Source: an uncultured Gammaproteobacteria bacterium
Lineage (GTDB): Bacteria > Pseudomonadota > Gammaproteobacteria > JBBQDK01
Direction: 5' to 3'
Assembly: GCA_963778665.1 (NCBI GenBank)
Contig: CAVZVG010000006.1
Span: 396,358-460,357, forward strand
DNA length: 64,000 bases
Shown one piece after another: positions 52,886-61,900 of the stretch (position 1 is its first letter; each line of letters starts with the position of its first letter). The notes under the pieces were generated by a model. It did no database searches. It was given only the letters and a program-made list of their open reading frames with translations, and had not been told where the DNA came from. A program made the translations under genes and the position numbers.

Positions 52886-53161
52886 ATGAAAAAATCGGCT
52901 TTCAAAAGTACTATTTTTATTCTTGGCGCTTTCTTCGGTGCTTCGAGCGTTGGTCTGGCGGCCGGCATGAGCGCAGGAGCTGACGGTCATGCCGGGGCCA
53001 AATCGCACGCATCGCAACATCGAGTCGACCCGCGCACCTGGGACCAGGTTCGGTATCTTCACCATGAAGGCGACGTAGCCGCCGCAGACAAGGGGACGTG
53101 GTATGAGATCCGACATATTCACGCTGAAGCAGACGAGGGGCAAATATTGGCCGTCAAATAA
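52886..53161 (+). CDS. Small secreted His-rich protein (91 aa)
   Basis: Signal peptide MKKSAFKSTIFILGAFFGASSVGLAAG with GGGGAAG as RBS. The mature part is His/Asp-rich (HAGAKSHASQHRVD...YLHHEGD...IRHIHAEADEG). Confidence 0.6.
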   Translation: MKKSAFKSTIFILGAFFGASSVGLAAGMSAGADGHAGAKSHASQHRVDPRTWDQVRYLHHEGDVAAADKGTWYEIRHIHAEADEGQILAVK

Positions 53162-53256
53162 TCAGCACCGGTACAGCAAAAATATGCGTATTGCGGCGAA
53201 TATGACCGCCCATTCCGCGCTGAACGTGACTGCTGCGCAGCGTGTGGTGTTACGCG

Positions 53257-53418
53257 TGTTGTTTTGTGGCGAATACTGACCCAGGTTTTGCATCGAATTT
53301 TGACCCGGTAATAAAGCTTTAAAGATACTGTTTGCCAGGTTTGTTTGTTGATTCACTGGTCCAGTCATTGATGCAAAAAAACTTTCGACATGGCTCATTC
53401 TCAGGCGCAAACCAACAA
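53257..53418 (-). mobile_element. MITE-like repeat, copy R1 (most diverged)
   Basis: 162 bp bounded by tgttgttttgtggc...ggcgcaaaccaacaa. It aligns by hand along its whole length with 54843-55003 and, reverse-complemented, with 62918-63078 and 63085-63244. Confidence 0.75.
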
Positions 53419-53726
53419 TCATGGGCACGGTTTGGGCACGGAGCGCACCCGACACAAGGGTGCTGTTGAATACGGCAAATATTGCTCGCCGATTCCGGCA
53501 ATAATCCGCCGGAATTGGGGTATTGAAGCGGCGAATTGGCCACTTTCCGGCAACAGGATTCCGGCATATGTTGACCGACCACCGATAACTTCCGGCAATT
53601 GATGCGCGTTGCATCGCAGGACCTTAGTGAACCGTCTTTAATCTCACGCAGACTCACGCTGCTATGATTAGAGATATGGTATGCCAGCAAGTCAATGCGA
53701 CCATCCGGAACAAAGGGGGAACCGCC

Positions 53727-53975
53727 ATGCCGACTACAATTTATGAGATAGCTGCACAGTTTGCTAAAATCGAAAAGTGGGGTCTACTGCTGGGAACTCT
53801 GGAATTACTTCCTGATGACATTGAGCATCTTGAGAAGAAAAGTGTTTATCATCACGATAGCCTGCTGCTGAAGCTGGACGCGTTGCGGCCGTATGCAGCT
53901 CGCTCTGCTCAAGTAAGGTCTGCTGTCGAGGCACTGGAGAGTATCTTAAGAAATAGTACTCCGAAGAGCTTGTAG
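53727..53975 (+). CDS. Hypothetical small helical protein (82 aa)
   Basis: MPTTIYEIAAQFAKIEKWGLLLGTLELL..., with AAGGGGGA as RBS. No family recognised. Confidence 0.5.
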   Translation: MPTTIYEIAAQFAKIEKWGLLLGTLELLPDDIEHLEKKSVYHHDSLLLKLDALRPYAARSAQVRSAVEALESILRNSTPKSL

Positions 53976-54055
53976 TGGTGATACCGACTGAAGAATGACC
54001 CCTATGAGCGCCTCATAAGTTATCGAAGGAATCACCATCCGGTGAGGATATCAGC

Positions 54056-54472
54056 GTGAAAAATCGCGGCATGCATTTTACTCGTGAAGAATTGGCGGAG
54101 GCCGGGGTATCGGGATTTTTCGCCATCGTAAAGGAATGGGGTCTGAGCCAAGAAGAATCGAGGACGCTACTTGGCAACATTAGTCATGGCCGTTTCGACG
54201 CACTTCAAATGGGTGATCCAACCACCCTGAGCACACTGTCCGATGATGAGCTTGATCGCCTAGCCTATATCACAGGCATCTATGCCGCGCTCAACAGTCT
54301 CTATACGCCTGCGAGCCACTCGGAGTGGTTGCGCAACAAAAGCAGGTTGTCTGCCGAGGCGATGTATCGACCCTGGGGGACTGGATCACCGCTCGATTTT
54401 TTGCTGACCGGCAAGTTCATCGCGTTGGCGGACGTTTACGCGCACTTGAATTCCATCGGGGGTGTGTCATGA
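54056..54472 (+). CDS. Xre-like / DUF2384 (MbcA-ParS type) antitoxin
   Basis: The N-terminal HTH-like segment reads FFAIVKEWGLSQEESRTLLG. The C-terminal segment reads EWLRNKSRLSAEAMYRPWGTGSPLDFLLTGKFIALADVYAHLNSIGG. It matches the W...N..l.g..Pl..l.t..G...V...L pattern of RES-partner antitoxins (from memory). Confidence 0.65.
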   Translation: MKNRGMHFTREELAEAGVSGFFAIVKEWGLSQEESRTLLGNISHGRFDALQMGDPTTLSTLSDDELDRLAYITGIYAALNSLYTPASHSEWLRNKSRLSAEAMYRPWGTGSPLDFLLTGKFIALADVYAHLNSIGGVS

Positions 54473-54531
54473 GCGGAATGTACCGGAACTATTTCATTGC
54501 GGTCCGGCATACCCATAACGTTGCGGAATAA
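54469..54531 (+). pseudogene. 20-codon stub in the position of the cognate (RES-type) toxin gene
   Basis: Its ATG overlaps the antitoxin stop as ATGA, the classic TA coupling. The frame reads MSGMYRNYFIAVRHTHNVAE and then stops. The call rests on position only. Confidence 0.3.
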
Positions 54532-54559
54532 GCACATTGCTAATCTGGGAGGCAATCCA

Positions 54560-54721
54560 ATGAGCGCACATGACTGGTACGTCGTGCTGTTCGGGCAGAA
54601 TACCCCGCATCAAGTAATAAACCTGTTCTTGTGGATGGGTTGCATCATAGGAGCCTTCGCACTGACCCTCAAATATGGTCCGGGTATCGGGCGCGAAACC
54701 AAGAAACTCTCTGACAAGTAA
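54560..54721 (+). CDS. Small membrane protein (53 aa)
   Basis: MSAHDWYVVLFGQNTPHQVINLFLWMGCIIGAFALTLKYG has one TM helix. GGGAGG lies 7 nt upstream. Confidence 0.45.
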   Translation: MSAHDWYVVLFGQNTPHQVINLFLWMGCIIGAFALTLKYGPGIGRETKKLSDK

Positions 54722-54734
54722 GACAATCTATCTC

Positions 54735-54752
54735 GACGGGAGAAATCCCGTC
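54735..54752 (+). terminator. Stem-loop after the small membrane ORF (7-bp stem, GAAA loop, no U-tract)
   Basis: The sequence is gacggga-gaaa-tcccgtc, 14 nt after the stop. Confidence 0.3.
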
Positions 54753-54842
54753 AAGATCCCTTCTATAGCAGAATACCAGCCCATTCCATGTCGCCAACCG
54801 AGAACATGATACCCAAATCATCGCGGTAAAATTCGAAGGTGG

Positions 54843-55003
54843 TGTTGTTTTGCAGCGAACACTGACCCAGGATTTGCATGAATTTTGACCGTGACATAAC
54901 GCTTCAAAGTTACTGTTCTCCAGTAATGCATGTTTATGTACTGGTCCAGTCCTCGATGCAAATAAATTATCGAAATGGCTCAATCTCAGGCGCAAAACAA
55001 CAA
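54843..55003 (-). mobile_element. MITE-like repeat, copy R2
   Basis: 161 bp. The left end is tgttgttttgcagc and the reverse complement of the right end is ttgttgttttgcgcc, giving an 11-nt identical terminal inverted repeat TGTTGTTTTGC. Confidence 0.8.
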
Positions 55004-55100
55004 CGCAGGGCAAAAAACCGTATGCTCGGACACCGCAAAAAGCGCGGCGCCGTTTAATTCAGACGTTACCAATGACGTGTTATTAGCCGAACTGAGCCAG
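55004..55100 (-). repeat. S-type imperfect-hairpin repeat (reverse orientation), abutting MITE R2
   Basis: The reverse complement reads ...cattggtaacgtctg...cggcgccgcgctttttgcggtgtccgagcatacggtttt... It aligns by eye with gttatgagtgac...ttacggggcggcgaatgtccgagccgctcggtttg at 62803-62850. Confidence 0.5.
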
Positions 55101-55265
55101 CCGAGCCATTCCCGGTGGGTTTCCGGTGCTGAACGGCCTAATCCGACTCTAAGTGGTCAGTCGTGATGGGCGTGATTCGGTCACATTTCAAACCCAACTT
55201 CACCGTCCTAATAAGTTAAGATAGTCTTTGTCTAATAACATTCACTGTTAGGCGTCTCCAATACC

Positions 55266-55892
55266 ATGCGTCGAACCTTCGACTTCTCTCTTCTTCCACC
55301 GATTGATTACCAGGGCATGCTGATTCAACTAGACAAGGAAGTTGAACAGGCATTCCTGGAAATATCCCAACTACAGGAAACCTACGACAGGGCTCGCGCT
55401 GCACTGATGTTCTTTTTCCTAACCAACGACAAAGCTGACAGATGGCGAAACGATGCCTATATACGTGCCGGACTGAACGAACTCTATTCAATGCAAGATT
55501 CAGTGGCGCGCGCTTTCAAATCATCTGGCATGGGAAGGCACTCACCAAAAATATCCGATTCAAGGCACCCGCTGGTGCATATTATGTACATTCTGCGCCA
55601 CATAAACGTGCATACAGTTCCCCTGCCGTCAAAAATTGAGGAAACAACGGTCATATACCGACCTAAAACTGTCGCGGAAGAAATGACTTATGATATTGTT
55701 GTTCTCAGCGATATAACCCTGGAAGACTTATTGAAGAGTAAGGAAGTCAAGGATCACTATAACAGGCCTGATCTCGTGCGAGCCTGCGAATGGTTAATGG
55801 AGAAGCAGCGCGCCTTCGGTATTGCTGAAGTATTTAGCAAGGGAGTTGACGCCTATTGTGCAGAAGTCATATCAACCTATCGAAAGCAGTGA
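55266..55892 (+). CDS. Hypothetical helical protein with an R-x4-H motif (208 aa)
   Basis: The ORF has a clean start, AT-rich codon usage like the rest of the island and predicted long helices. It contains ILRHINVHT, the minimal HEPN-type R-x4-H motif. No other family evidence. Confidence 0.6.
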   Translation: MRRTFDFSLLPPIDYQGMLIQLDKEVEQAFLEISQLQETYDRARAALMFFFLTNDKADRWRNDAYIRAGLNELYSMQDSVARAFKSSGMGRHSPKISDSRHPLVHIMYILRHINVHTVPLPSKIEETTVIYRPKTVAEEMTYDIVVLSDITLEDLLKSKEVKDHYNRPDLVRACEWLMEKQRAFGIAEVFSKGVDAYCAEVISTYRKQ

Positions 55893-55977
55893 CGCCTAAC
55901 CTCGAGTTCGAAGTGACACGCATAAAACTGCGCGCCCTTCAACGCAAACGTTTTTCCTAAGCGAGGATTGGAGAGAT

Positions 55978-56343
55978 ATGGAACTGAGAGATTTTATTAA
56001 GACGAGCCTGGTTGAGATTTGCTTGGCCATTGATGACGCAAACAAAGCACTGGCGGGTAGTGAGGCAATCATTAATCCGGGATGCATTCAGGTCAACTCA
56101 GAAGAATCCCAAGCTTTCGGTCGTCAAAGCAATAAAGCAATACATGAAGAGCGGAAACTTGTACACAAAGTAGATTTCGATGTCGCCGTCTATGCCCAGG
56201 AAGGCGAAAAGGCTGGCGGCGGTGCGAAGATCTCTGTCGCCTCCATCGGGTTTGGTGTAAATGCTGAGACATCTACTACAAACAAGTCAGAAACACGACT
56301 GAAGTTTTCAATTCCCGTAATCTATCCGGAAGGGAAGGCATAA
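55978..56343 (+). CDS. Small protein resembling the trypco2 effector-associated domain (121 aa)
   Basis: GGAGAG serves as RBS. An N-terminal helix (MELRDFIKTSLVEICLAIDDANKAL) is followed by the beta-rich segment VDFDVAVYAQEGEKAGGGAKISVASIGFGVNAETSTTNKSETRLKFSIPV. This matches my recollection of trypco2-family sequences. Confidence 0.6.
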   Translation: MELRDFIKTSLVEICLAIDDANKALAGSEAIINPGCIQVNSEESQAFGRQSNKAIHEERKLVHKVDFDVAVYAQEGEKAGGGAKISVASIGFGVNAETSTTNKSETRLKFSIPVIYPEGKA

Positions 56344-56360
56344 CCATTCGCTGCATGCGA

Positions 56361-56385
56361 CGCCGGGCAACTGCGGCGCTTTTCC
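56361..56385 (+). terminator. Short GC hairpin plus TTTT after the two-gene module
   Basis: The sequence is cgccg-ggcaactg-cggcg followed by cTTTTcc, 18 nt after the stop at 56343. Confidence 0.45.
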
Positions 56386-56417
56386 GAACGTTTGGTACGT
56401 GGCGCGCCTGAGGAAAC

Positions 56418-56488
56418 TGTTACGAATGACCAATTACGGGGTGCGAGTGTCCGAACCACTCGTTCGTGACAGTCCTGTTATGGCCGAG
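56418..56488 (+). repeat. S-type imperfect-hairpin repeat, copy S1
   Basis: S1 reads gttacgaatgaccaattacggggtgcgagtgtccgaaccactcgttcgtgacagtcctgttatggccgagg. It aligns with S2 (62803-62874) at most positions. The central stem is tgtccgaac/gttcg-t-gaca. Confidence 0.7.
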
Positions 56489-56646
56489 GCTGTGTCAAAA
56501 CAAAACTTTTAAACACAATCTCGACGAGGCGACCTCACCAGATGCGTTATGAACAACGATCTCGGATGAGGTAATGGTTTTGGGACCCCTGCTTTCGAGC
56601 TGATTTTGAGTTTTTACACGCCCTGGACCATTTCCGGCCGTTCGCA
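56482..56646 (+). repeat. Left arm of a roughly 165-bp inverted repeat bracketing the lipoprotein gene
   Basis: The left arm reads ggccgaggctgtgtcaaaacaaaacttttaaacacaatctcgacgaggcgacctcaccagatgcgttatgaacaacgatctcggatgaggtaatgg...ccggccgttcgca. Its reverse complement aligns by hand with 58077-58240 along the whole length, with scattered mismatches. Confidence 0.8.
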
Positions 56647-56874
56647 AACCACCACAACTGGTCAGGCTCGCCTAACGGCCAGCATAGAATATGCTGAGCC
56701 TAACTATGAAAGAACGTTCGTTAAAATACAATCAGAGTGCACGTAGCGTGACGTATCATGGCGTTGATTTGAAGTGTCCATTGCGTGAGTATTAGCTTTA
56801 AATATCCCGTTTGGTGGTGCATAGTTTAGTGCAATAATGCTAACAAGGCGGGCATCCATGGATGTATCAACTAC

Positions 56875-57870
56875 ATGAATAAGAGGAATATGGATATGAC
56901 TAAAATGTTAGCAATCAGCGTCACTTTGCTCGCATTTTCAGTATTCAGCAGCTCATGTAGCAAAGAACAGCATCCTCAGATGGGGTATTCTATTTTTCAG
57001 AATGCCACCTTGTTTCATGTCGAGTTAATTGATAGCAAAACACTTCTTGTGGATGGGGATTTCATCAATCCTCTTCAAAGACGCGGCACATACAAAGTGC
57101 CACTATCCTCAATTGAAAACCCTGCGACATATACTTTTATCGCGAATATTTATCAGGACCCCGTAGTGGGTAGTTCTGGTCCAACTGAGGTAAAAGGATA
57201 TTACGGAGACGACTATTTACTTCTTAGTGGATACACACCAAGCCAAGGAATGATCCAAGGTAGCGTCGTGGGGCGTTATGATATTAAATCACATAAACTC
57301 ACATTGTTAACGCCGGATAATGACTATTATTTCGAACTGGGATTTACCCGAAACAAAAGCGCAGTATTACTGAGCCACAAGAAACTGATTCGTACTACAC
57401 ACGGATCCTACGTAAGGTCGGATATACCAACATTGATAGAACTAGATTTAGCCTCCGGAGCACAAAAAACAGTATTCGAGTCTCCCGAATTTCACTACAG
57501 CAGAGAAGCTTCAGATCTTATTTGTCCGCCATTTCAGAACGCATCTGGATCATCGAGCGGCAAGTATATAGTCATCTTAGGGAGAAGAAACGGGGGTGGG
57601 TGCGCTCCATATTTAATTACAAATCCACAATCTGTGGATCAGCAAATTGCTCCGATCTTAGTCTTGGATACTGCGGGAACGACCATATGGTATCCGAACG
57701 AACAGAACTTCCTGATGGTGTGCGGTAACTCGATCGGATGTAAATACAACGCACAAGGAAGCCTTGTGAAGATGTACGAATTTCCTTACAAAGGTTTCTA
57801 TTTGGCCGATTATGACCCCAAAACGGATACGGTACTCCTGGTCCACCATCACGGGCGGGCCAATTGTTGA
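56875..57870 (+). CDS. Putative lipoprotein (331 aa), most AT-rich gene in the window
   Basis: Signal peptide with lipobox (MLAISVTLLAFSVFSSSC). The remainder is beta-rich with repeated GxY/D motifs. No family recognised. Start ambiguous (in-frame Met at 56875, 56890, 56896 and 56905). Confidence 0.7.
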   Translation: MNKRNMDMTKMLAISVTLLAFSVFSSSCSKEQHPQMGYSIFQNATLFHVELIDSKTLLVDGDFINPLQRRGTYKVPLSSIENPATYTFIANIYQDPVVGSSGPTEVKGYYGDDYLLLSGYTPSQGMIQGSVVGRYDIKSHKLTLLTPDNDYYFELGFTRNKSAVLLSHKKLIRTTHGSYVRSDIPTLIELDLASGAQKTVFESPEFHYSREASDLICPPFQNASGSSSGKYIVILGRRNGGGCAPYLITNPQSVDQQIAPILVLDTAGTTIWYPNEQNFLMVCGNSIGCKYNAQGSLVKMYEFPYKGFYLADYDPKTDTVLLVHHHGRANC

Positions 57871-58076
57871 TGCTATTCACAAAGACGCGATCATTACCTT
57901 TAAATTCGATGATGTAGCTTACGCTCCATCGTGGTGGTTCAGGCTTCACTGTTGGGTTAAGCAAATCATGCTCTAGCGTTTAATCTCTGGCATCCTGTGG
58001 CCCTCTCAACACATGTTGACACAATGGTTGTTGCAAGCTATCTACTATAAGCATTCGCCATGTCACCTATCCTCTG

Positions 58077-58240
58077 TGCGAACGGCGTATTTGGATCCAG
58101 GCTGTGTAATAACTCAGAATCATATTGAAAACGGGGGTCGCAAAACGATTACCTCATACGAGATCGTTGCTCATAGCGAATCTGGTGAGGTCACTTCGTC
58201 GAGCGTTTGAAAAAAGTTTTGTTTTTACACAACCTCGGCC
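58077..58240 (-). repeat. Right arm of the roughly 165-bp inverted repeat
   Basis: The right arm reads tgcgaacggcgtatttggatccaggctgtgtaataactcagaatcatattgaaaacgggggtcgcaaaacgattacctcatacgagatcgttgctcatagcgaatctggtgaggtcacttcgtcgagcg...gttttgtttttacacaacctcggcc. It is the reverse complement of the left arm. Confidence 0.8.
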
Positions 58241-58926
58241 GGTAATCGACCATTGTGGCTGGCTCCGCCTAATATGCAGAGTTCGACCCGCTCCCGCCGT
58301 TCGGGCTGGCGTATTAAATCACTGTCAATTTTCCCAACTCGGCCATTCGAGCTGGTACATAAACCTCCATCAAGCGCCCCAGGTTGCATTCTGAACACGC
58401 TCGCAAGAAGCTATGTACACAAAAACCGGCATCGGGAGCCATGGAATGCAACAACAAGCCGACATAATCCTCAAGCAATCATGCTCCATTTGAAAAATGA
58501 TTTGGGCTCGTAGTGGGAACTTATGTTGTTGATTTGACTATCGGCAAAAGTGATAGGGAGCCCAATTACTCCGTTTGCAACGGAGCTTTTCGGCACCCCA
58601 TTAGTAGTTGCGCGCCGATAGGTAACACTTTCTGATAAAGATTATCGACAGGATCCTATGTCCAGGCACGAAAATAAATGTTACGAAGTGAAGGAAAAAC
58701 TGCGATTGAACGGGTTCAAGACGACAGTTTTCCTTTCCACTTCGTGCCATTCAGATTTTCGACCTTCCCATTGGCCCTGCAACAATCGAAAAGTCTGAAG
58801 AGTATCGACGCCCAACTACCGCACGAGTTGACGCGCAAACAACGCACGCAACTCAGCTCCCGTAGGTTAGACCCACTGAGATCTCATTTGCTCGCGCGCG
58901 GCCCCGCATTGTATAGGAAAGGAAGG

Positions 58927-61900
58927 ATGCAATTCGTCACCAACGGCCCCGACATTCCCGATGCGCTGTTGCAGGCGCACGAGGAGGGCCGCGTGGTGTT
59001 TTTCTGCGGCGCGGGCATTTCCTATCCGGCCGGCCTGCCGGGCTTCAAGGGGCTGGTGGAGGAGATCTACCGGCTGAACGGCACGACGCCCTCGGACATT
59101 GAGCGCGAGGCCTTCGACCGTGGGCAGTTCGACGCCACGCTCGATCTGCTGGAGCGACGCCTGCCGGGGCAGCGCCTTGCCGTCCGCCGTGCGCTGGCGC
59201 AGGCGCTGAAACCCAAGTTGCGCCGCAAGGGGGCCACCGATACGCAGGCGGCGCTGTTGCGGCTGGCGCGCAGCCGTGAGGGCGCGCTGCGGCTGGTCAC
59301 CACCAACTTCGACCGCGTGTTCCATACGGCGGCCAAACGCACCGGCCAAGCGTTCCAAGCCTATGCCGCGCCAATGCTGCCGATCCCGAAGAACAGCCGC
59401 TGGAACGGGCTGGTCTACCTGCACGGCCTGCTGCCCGAAAGGCGGACGACACGGCACTGAACCGTCTGGTGGTCACCAGCGGCGATTTCGGCCTGGCCTA
59501 CCTAACCGAACGCTGGGCGGCGCGCTTCGTGAGCGAGCTGTTCCGCAACTACGTGGTTTGCTTCGTTGGTTACAGCATCAACGACCCGGTGCTGCGCTAC
59601 ATGATGGATGCGCTGGCCGCCGACCGGATGCTGGGCGAAGTCACGCCGCAAGCCTGGGCGCTGGGCGACTGCGAGCCGGGGCAGGAGCACCGCAAGACCA
59701 TCGAGTGGGAAGCCAAGGGCGTCACGCCCATCCTCTACGAAGTGCCCGCCGGCAGCCACGACCATTCGGCGCTGCATCAAACCTTGCAAGTCTTGGGCAG
59801 ACACCTACCGCGACGGCGTGCTGGGCAAGGAGCGCATCGTCGTCAGACACGCCCTGGCGCGGCCTCGGCCAGTACGCAGCAAGACGACTTCGTCGGCCGG
59901 ATGCTGTGGGCCTTGTCGGACAAGTCGGGCTTGCCGGCCAAACGTTTCGCCGACTTCAATCCCGTCCCGTCGCTGGACTGGCTGCTGGAGGCCTTCTCGG
60001 ACGAGCGCTTTCGGCACGGCGATCTGGCTCGCTTTGGTGTTCCTCCACGCGACGAGGTGGACGCCAAATTGCGCTTCAGCCTGATTCGCCGGCCAGCGCC
60101 CTATGACCGCGCGCCACCGATGCTGCTGGCCTCCGGCGGCATCACCGGCAGCCAATGGGATGACGTGATGTTCCATCTGGCCCGCTGGCTAGTGCGACAC
60201 CTGGATGACCCAAGGCTGGTCATCTGGATCGCGCAGCGTGGCGGCCAGTTGCATTACCGCTGGCCGTGGCTGATCGAAGACAGAGCTGGATCGACTTTGC
60301 CTCATTGGAGCGCGATGGCAAGACCGCCGAACTGGACGAAATCCGTTTACAGGCGCCAAAGGCCATTCCCGGCCCCTTGATGCGCACGCTGTGGCGTCTG
60401 CTGCTCAGCGGCCGGGTGAAAACACCGTGGCAGCGATCCCGATCTCTATCGCTGGAAAGAGTCGGCTGAAGCGGGAGGGACTGACCACCACGCTACGCTT
60501 GGAGTTGCGCGATCTACTCGCCCCCCAGGTGGCCTTGAAGAAGCCGTTTCGCGCGAGCGAGGAGGCAGAGAGCACAGACGAGCCCACGCACTTGCGGCAA
60601 TTGGTGAACTGGGAGCTGGTGCTGGCCGCCGATCACGTGCATTCGGACCTGCGCGACCTTGCCGACGAGTACTGGACGTCTGCATTGCCGGCAGTTGCTG
60701 GAGGATCTTCAGCAACTTCTGCGTGATGCTCTGGATTTGTTGCGCGAGCTGGGTGCAGCCGACGACCGCATTGACCGATCGCACTGGGACCTGCCGTCGA
60801 TTACTCCGCACTGGCAGAACCGAGGTTTCCGCGACTGGGTAACCTTGATCGAATTGCTGCGTGATGCATGGCTGGCGGTTCGCAGCAATGACAGTGCTCG
60901 TGCGATGCGGATTGCCCAGGCCTGGTTCGAGTTGCCGTATCCCACCTTCAAACGACTAGCTCTGTTTGCCGCCAGCCGGGAGGCTGCATCGCACCCGAGC
61001 AATGGGTGGATTGGCTGTTGGTCGATGGCAGCTGGTGGCTGTGGTCCACGGATACGGGGCGTGAGGTGTTCAGACTATTGGTTCTGCAGGGGCACCAATT
61101 GGCAGGGGCTACTCAGGCAACGTCTGGAGGTCGCCATCTTGGCCGGCCCGCCGCGCGAGATGTACAGGGATGATCTGGAACCAGAACGGTGGCAAGACTT
61201 GGTGGCTCGTTCAGTCTGGCTGCATCTGGCCAAATTGAAGACCTCGGGCCTCGCACTGGGCGCTACCGCCCAGGCACGCTCGGAAGAGCTGTCCAATGCA
61301 TACCCGCAATGGCAGTTGGCGGCCAACGAGCGTGACGAGTTCTCCCACTGGATGAGTGGCACAGGCGATCCGGACTATGAAGACAGCCGGGATGTCGATA
61401 TCGCGCCTCGAAAACGACGCGAACTCGTTCAATGGCTCACAAAGCCACAACCCGAACGGCGACCCTTCTACGAGAACACGTGGCGCGACGTTTGCCGCAC
61501 CCGCTTCTTTCACAGCCTGTACGCGCTATGCGATCTGGCGCGGAATGGCGTATGGCCATCCGACCGATGGCGGGAGGCACTGCAGGCCTGGAGCGAAGAA
61601 GGAGTGGTGTTGCGGTCCTGGCAATACGCTGCACCACTGGTGCAGACCATGCCAGACACCGTTATCCAGGAAATTACCCCCGGTGTGACGTGGTGGATCG
61701 ACACTGTTTCGAAGTCGATTAATCAGCACGAGGAAATTCTACTGAACCTGTGCCGCCGCGTGTTGGCTCTGCCACTCGAAGCAGGAACCGGAAAGACTCG
61801 CAATGGTGAACCGATTGACCAACCTGTTACCGAGGCCATCAATCATCCGGTCGGGCATATCACGCAGGCGCTGATAAATCTTTGGTTCAAACGCAATCCG

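Noticed and set aside
56418-56488. Classical integron attC sites, or an integron cassette array.
   Set aside because: The outer GTTA-type boxes of the S repeats are direct rather than complementary R''/R' cores. Copy orientation is mixed, and no intI or attI is in the window. The idea is kept only as a hypothesis to test, not as a call.
57617-58513. Short ORFs on both strands between the lipoprotein gene and the SIR2 gene (for example 57617-57964, 58013-58210, 58125-58394, 58253-58513).
   Set aside because: They overlap the lipoprotein gene or the inverted-repeat arm, have no RBS and have odd composition. The region is repeat-derived non-coding sequence, including a MITE-end fragment gttgttgatttgac near 58524.
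59469-60380. Treating the SIR2-region ORFs as separate genes, that is, a multi-gene operon of four to five proteins.
   Set aside because: Domain continuity crosses every ORF boundary. For example, the SIR2 fold is split at LHGLLPE|...VVTSGDFG. The fragments overlap in alternative frames and have no independent RBS or start context.
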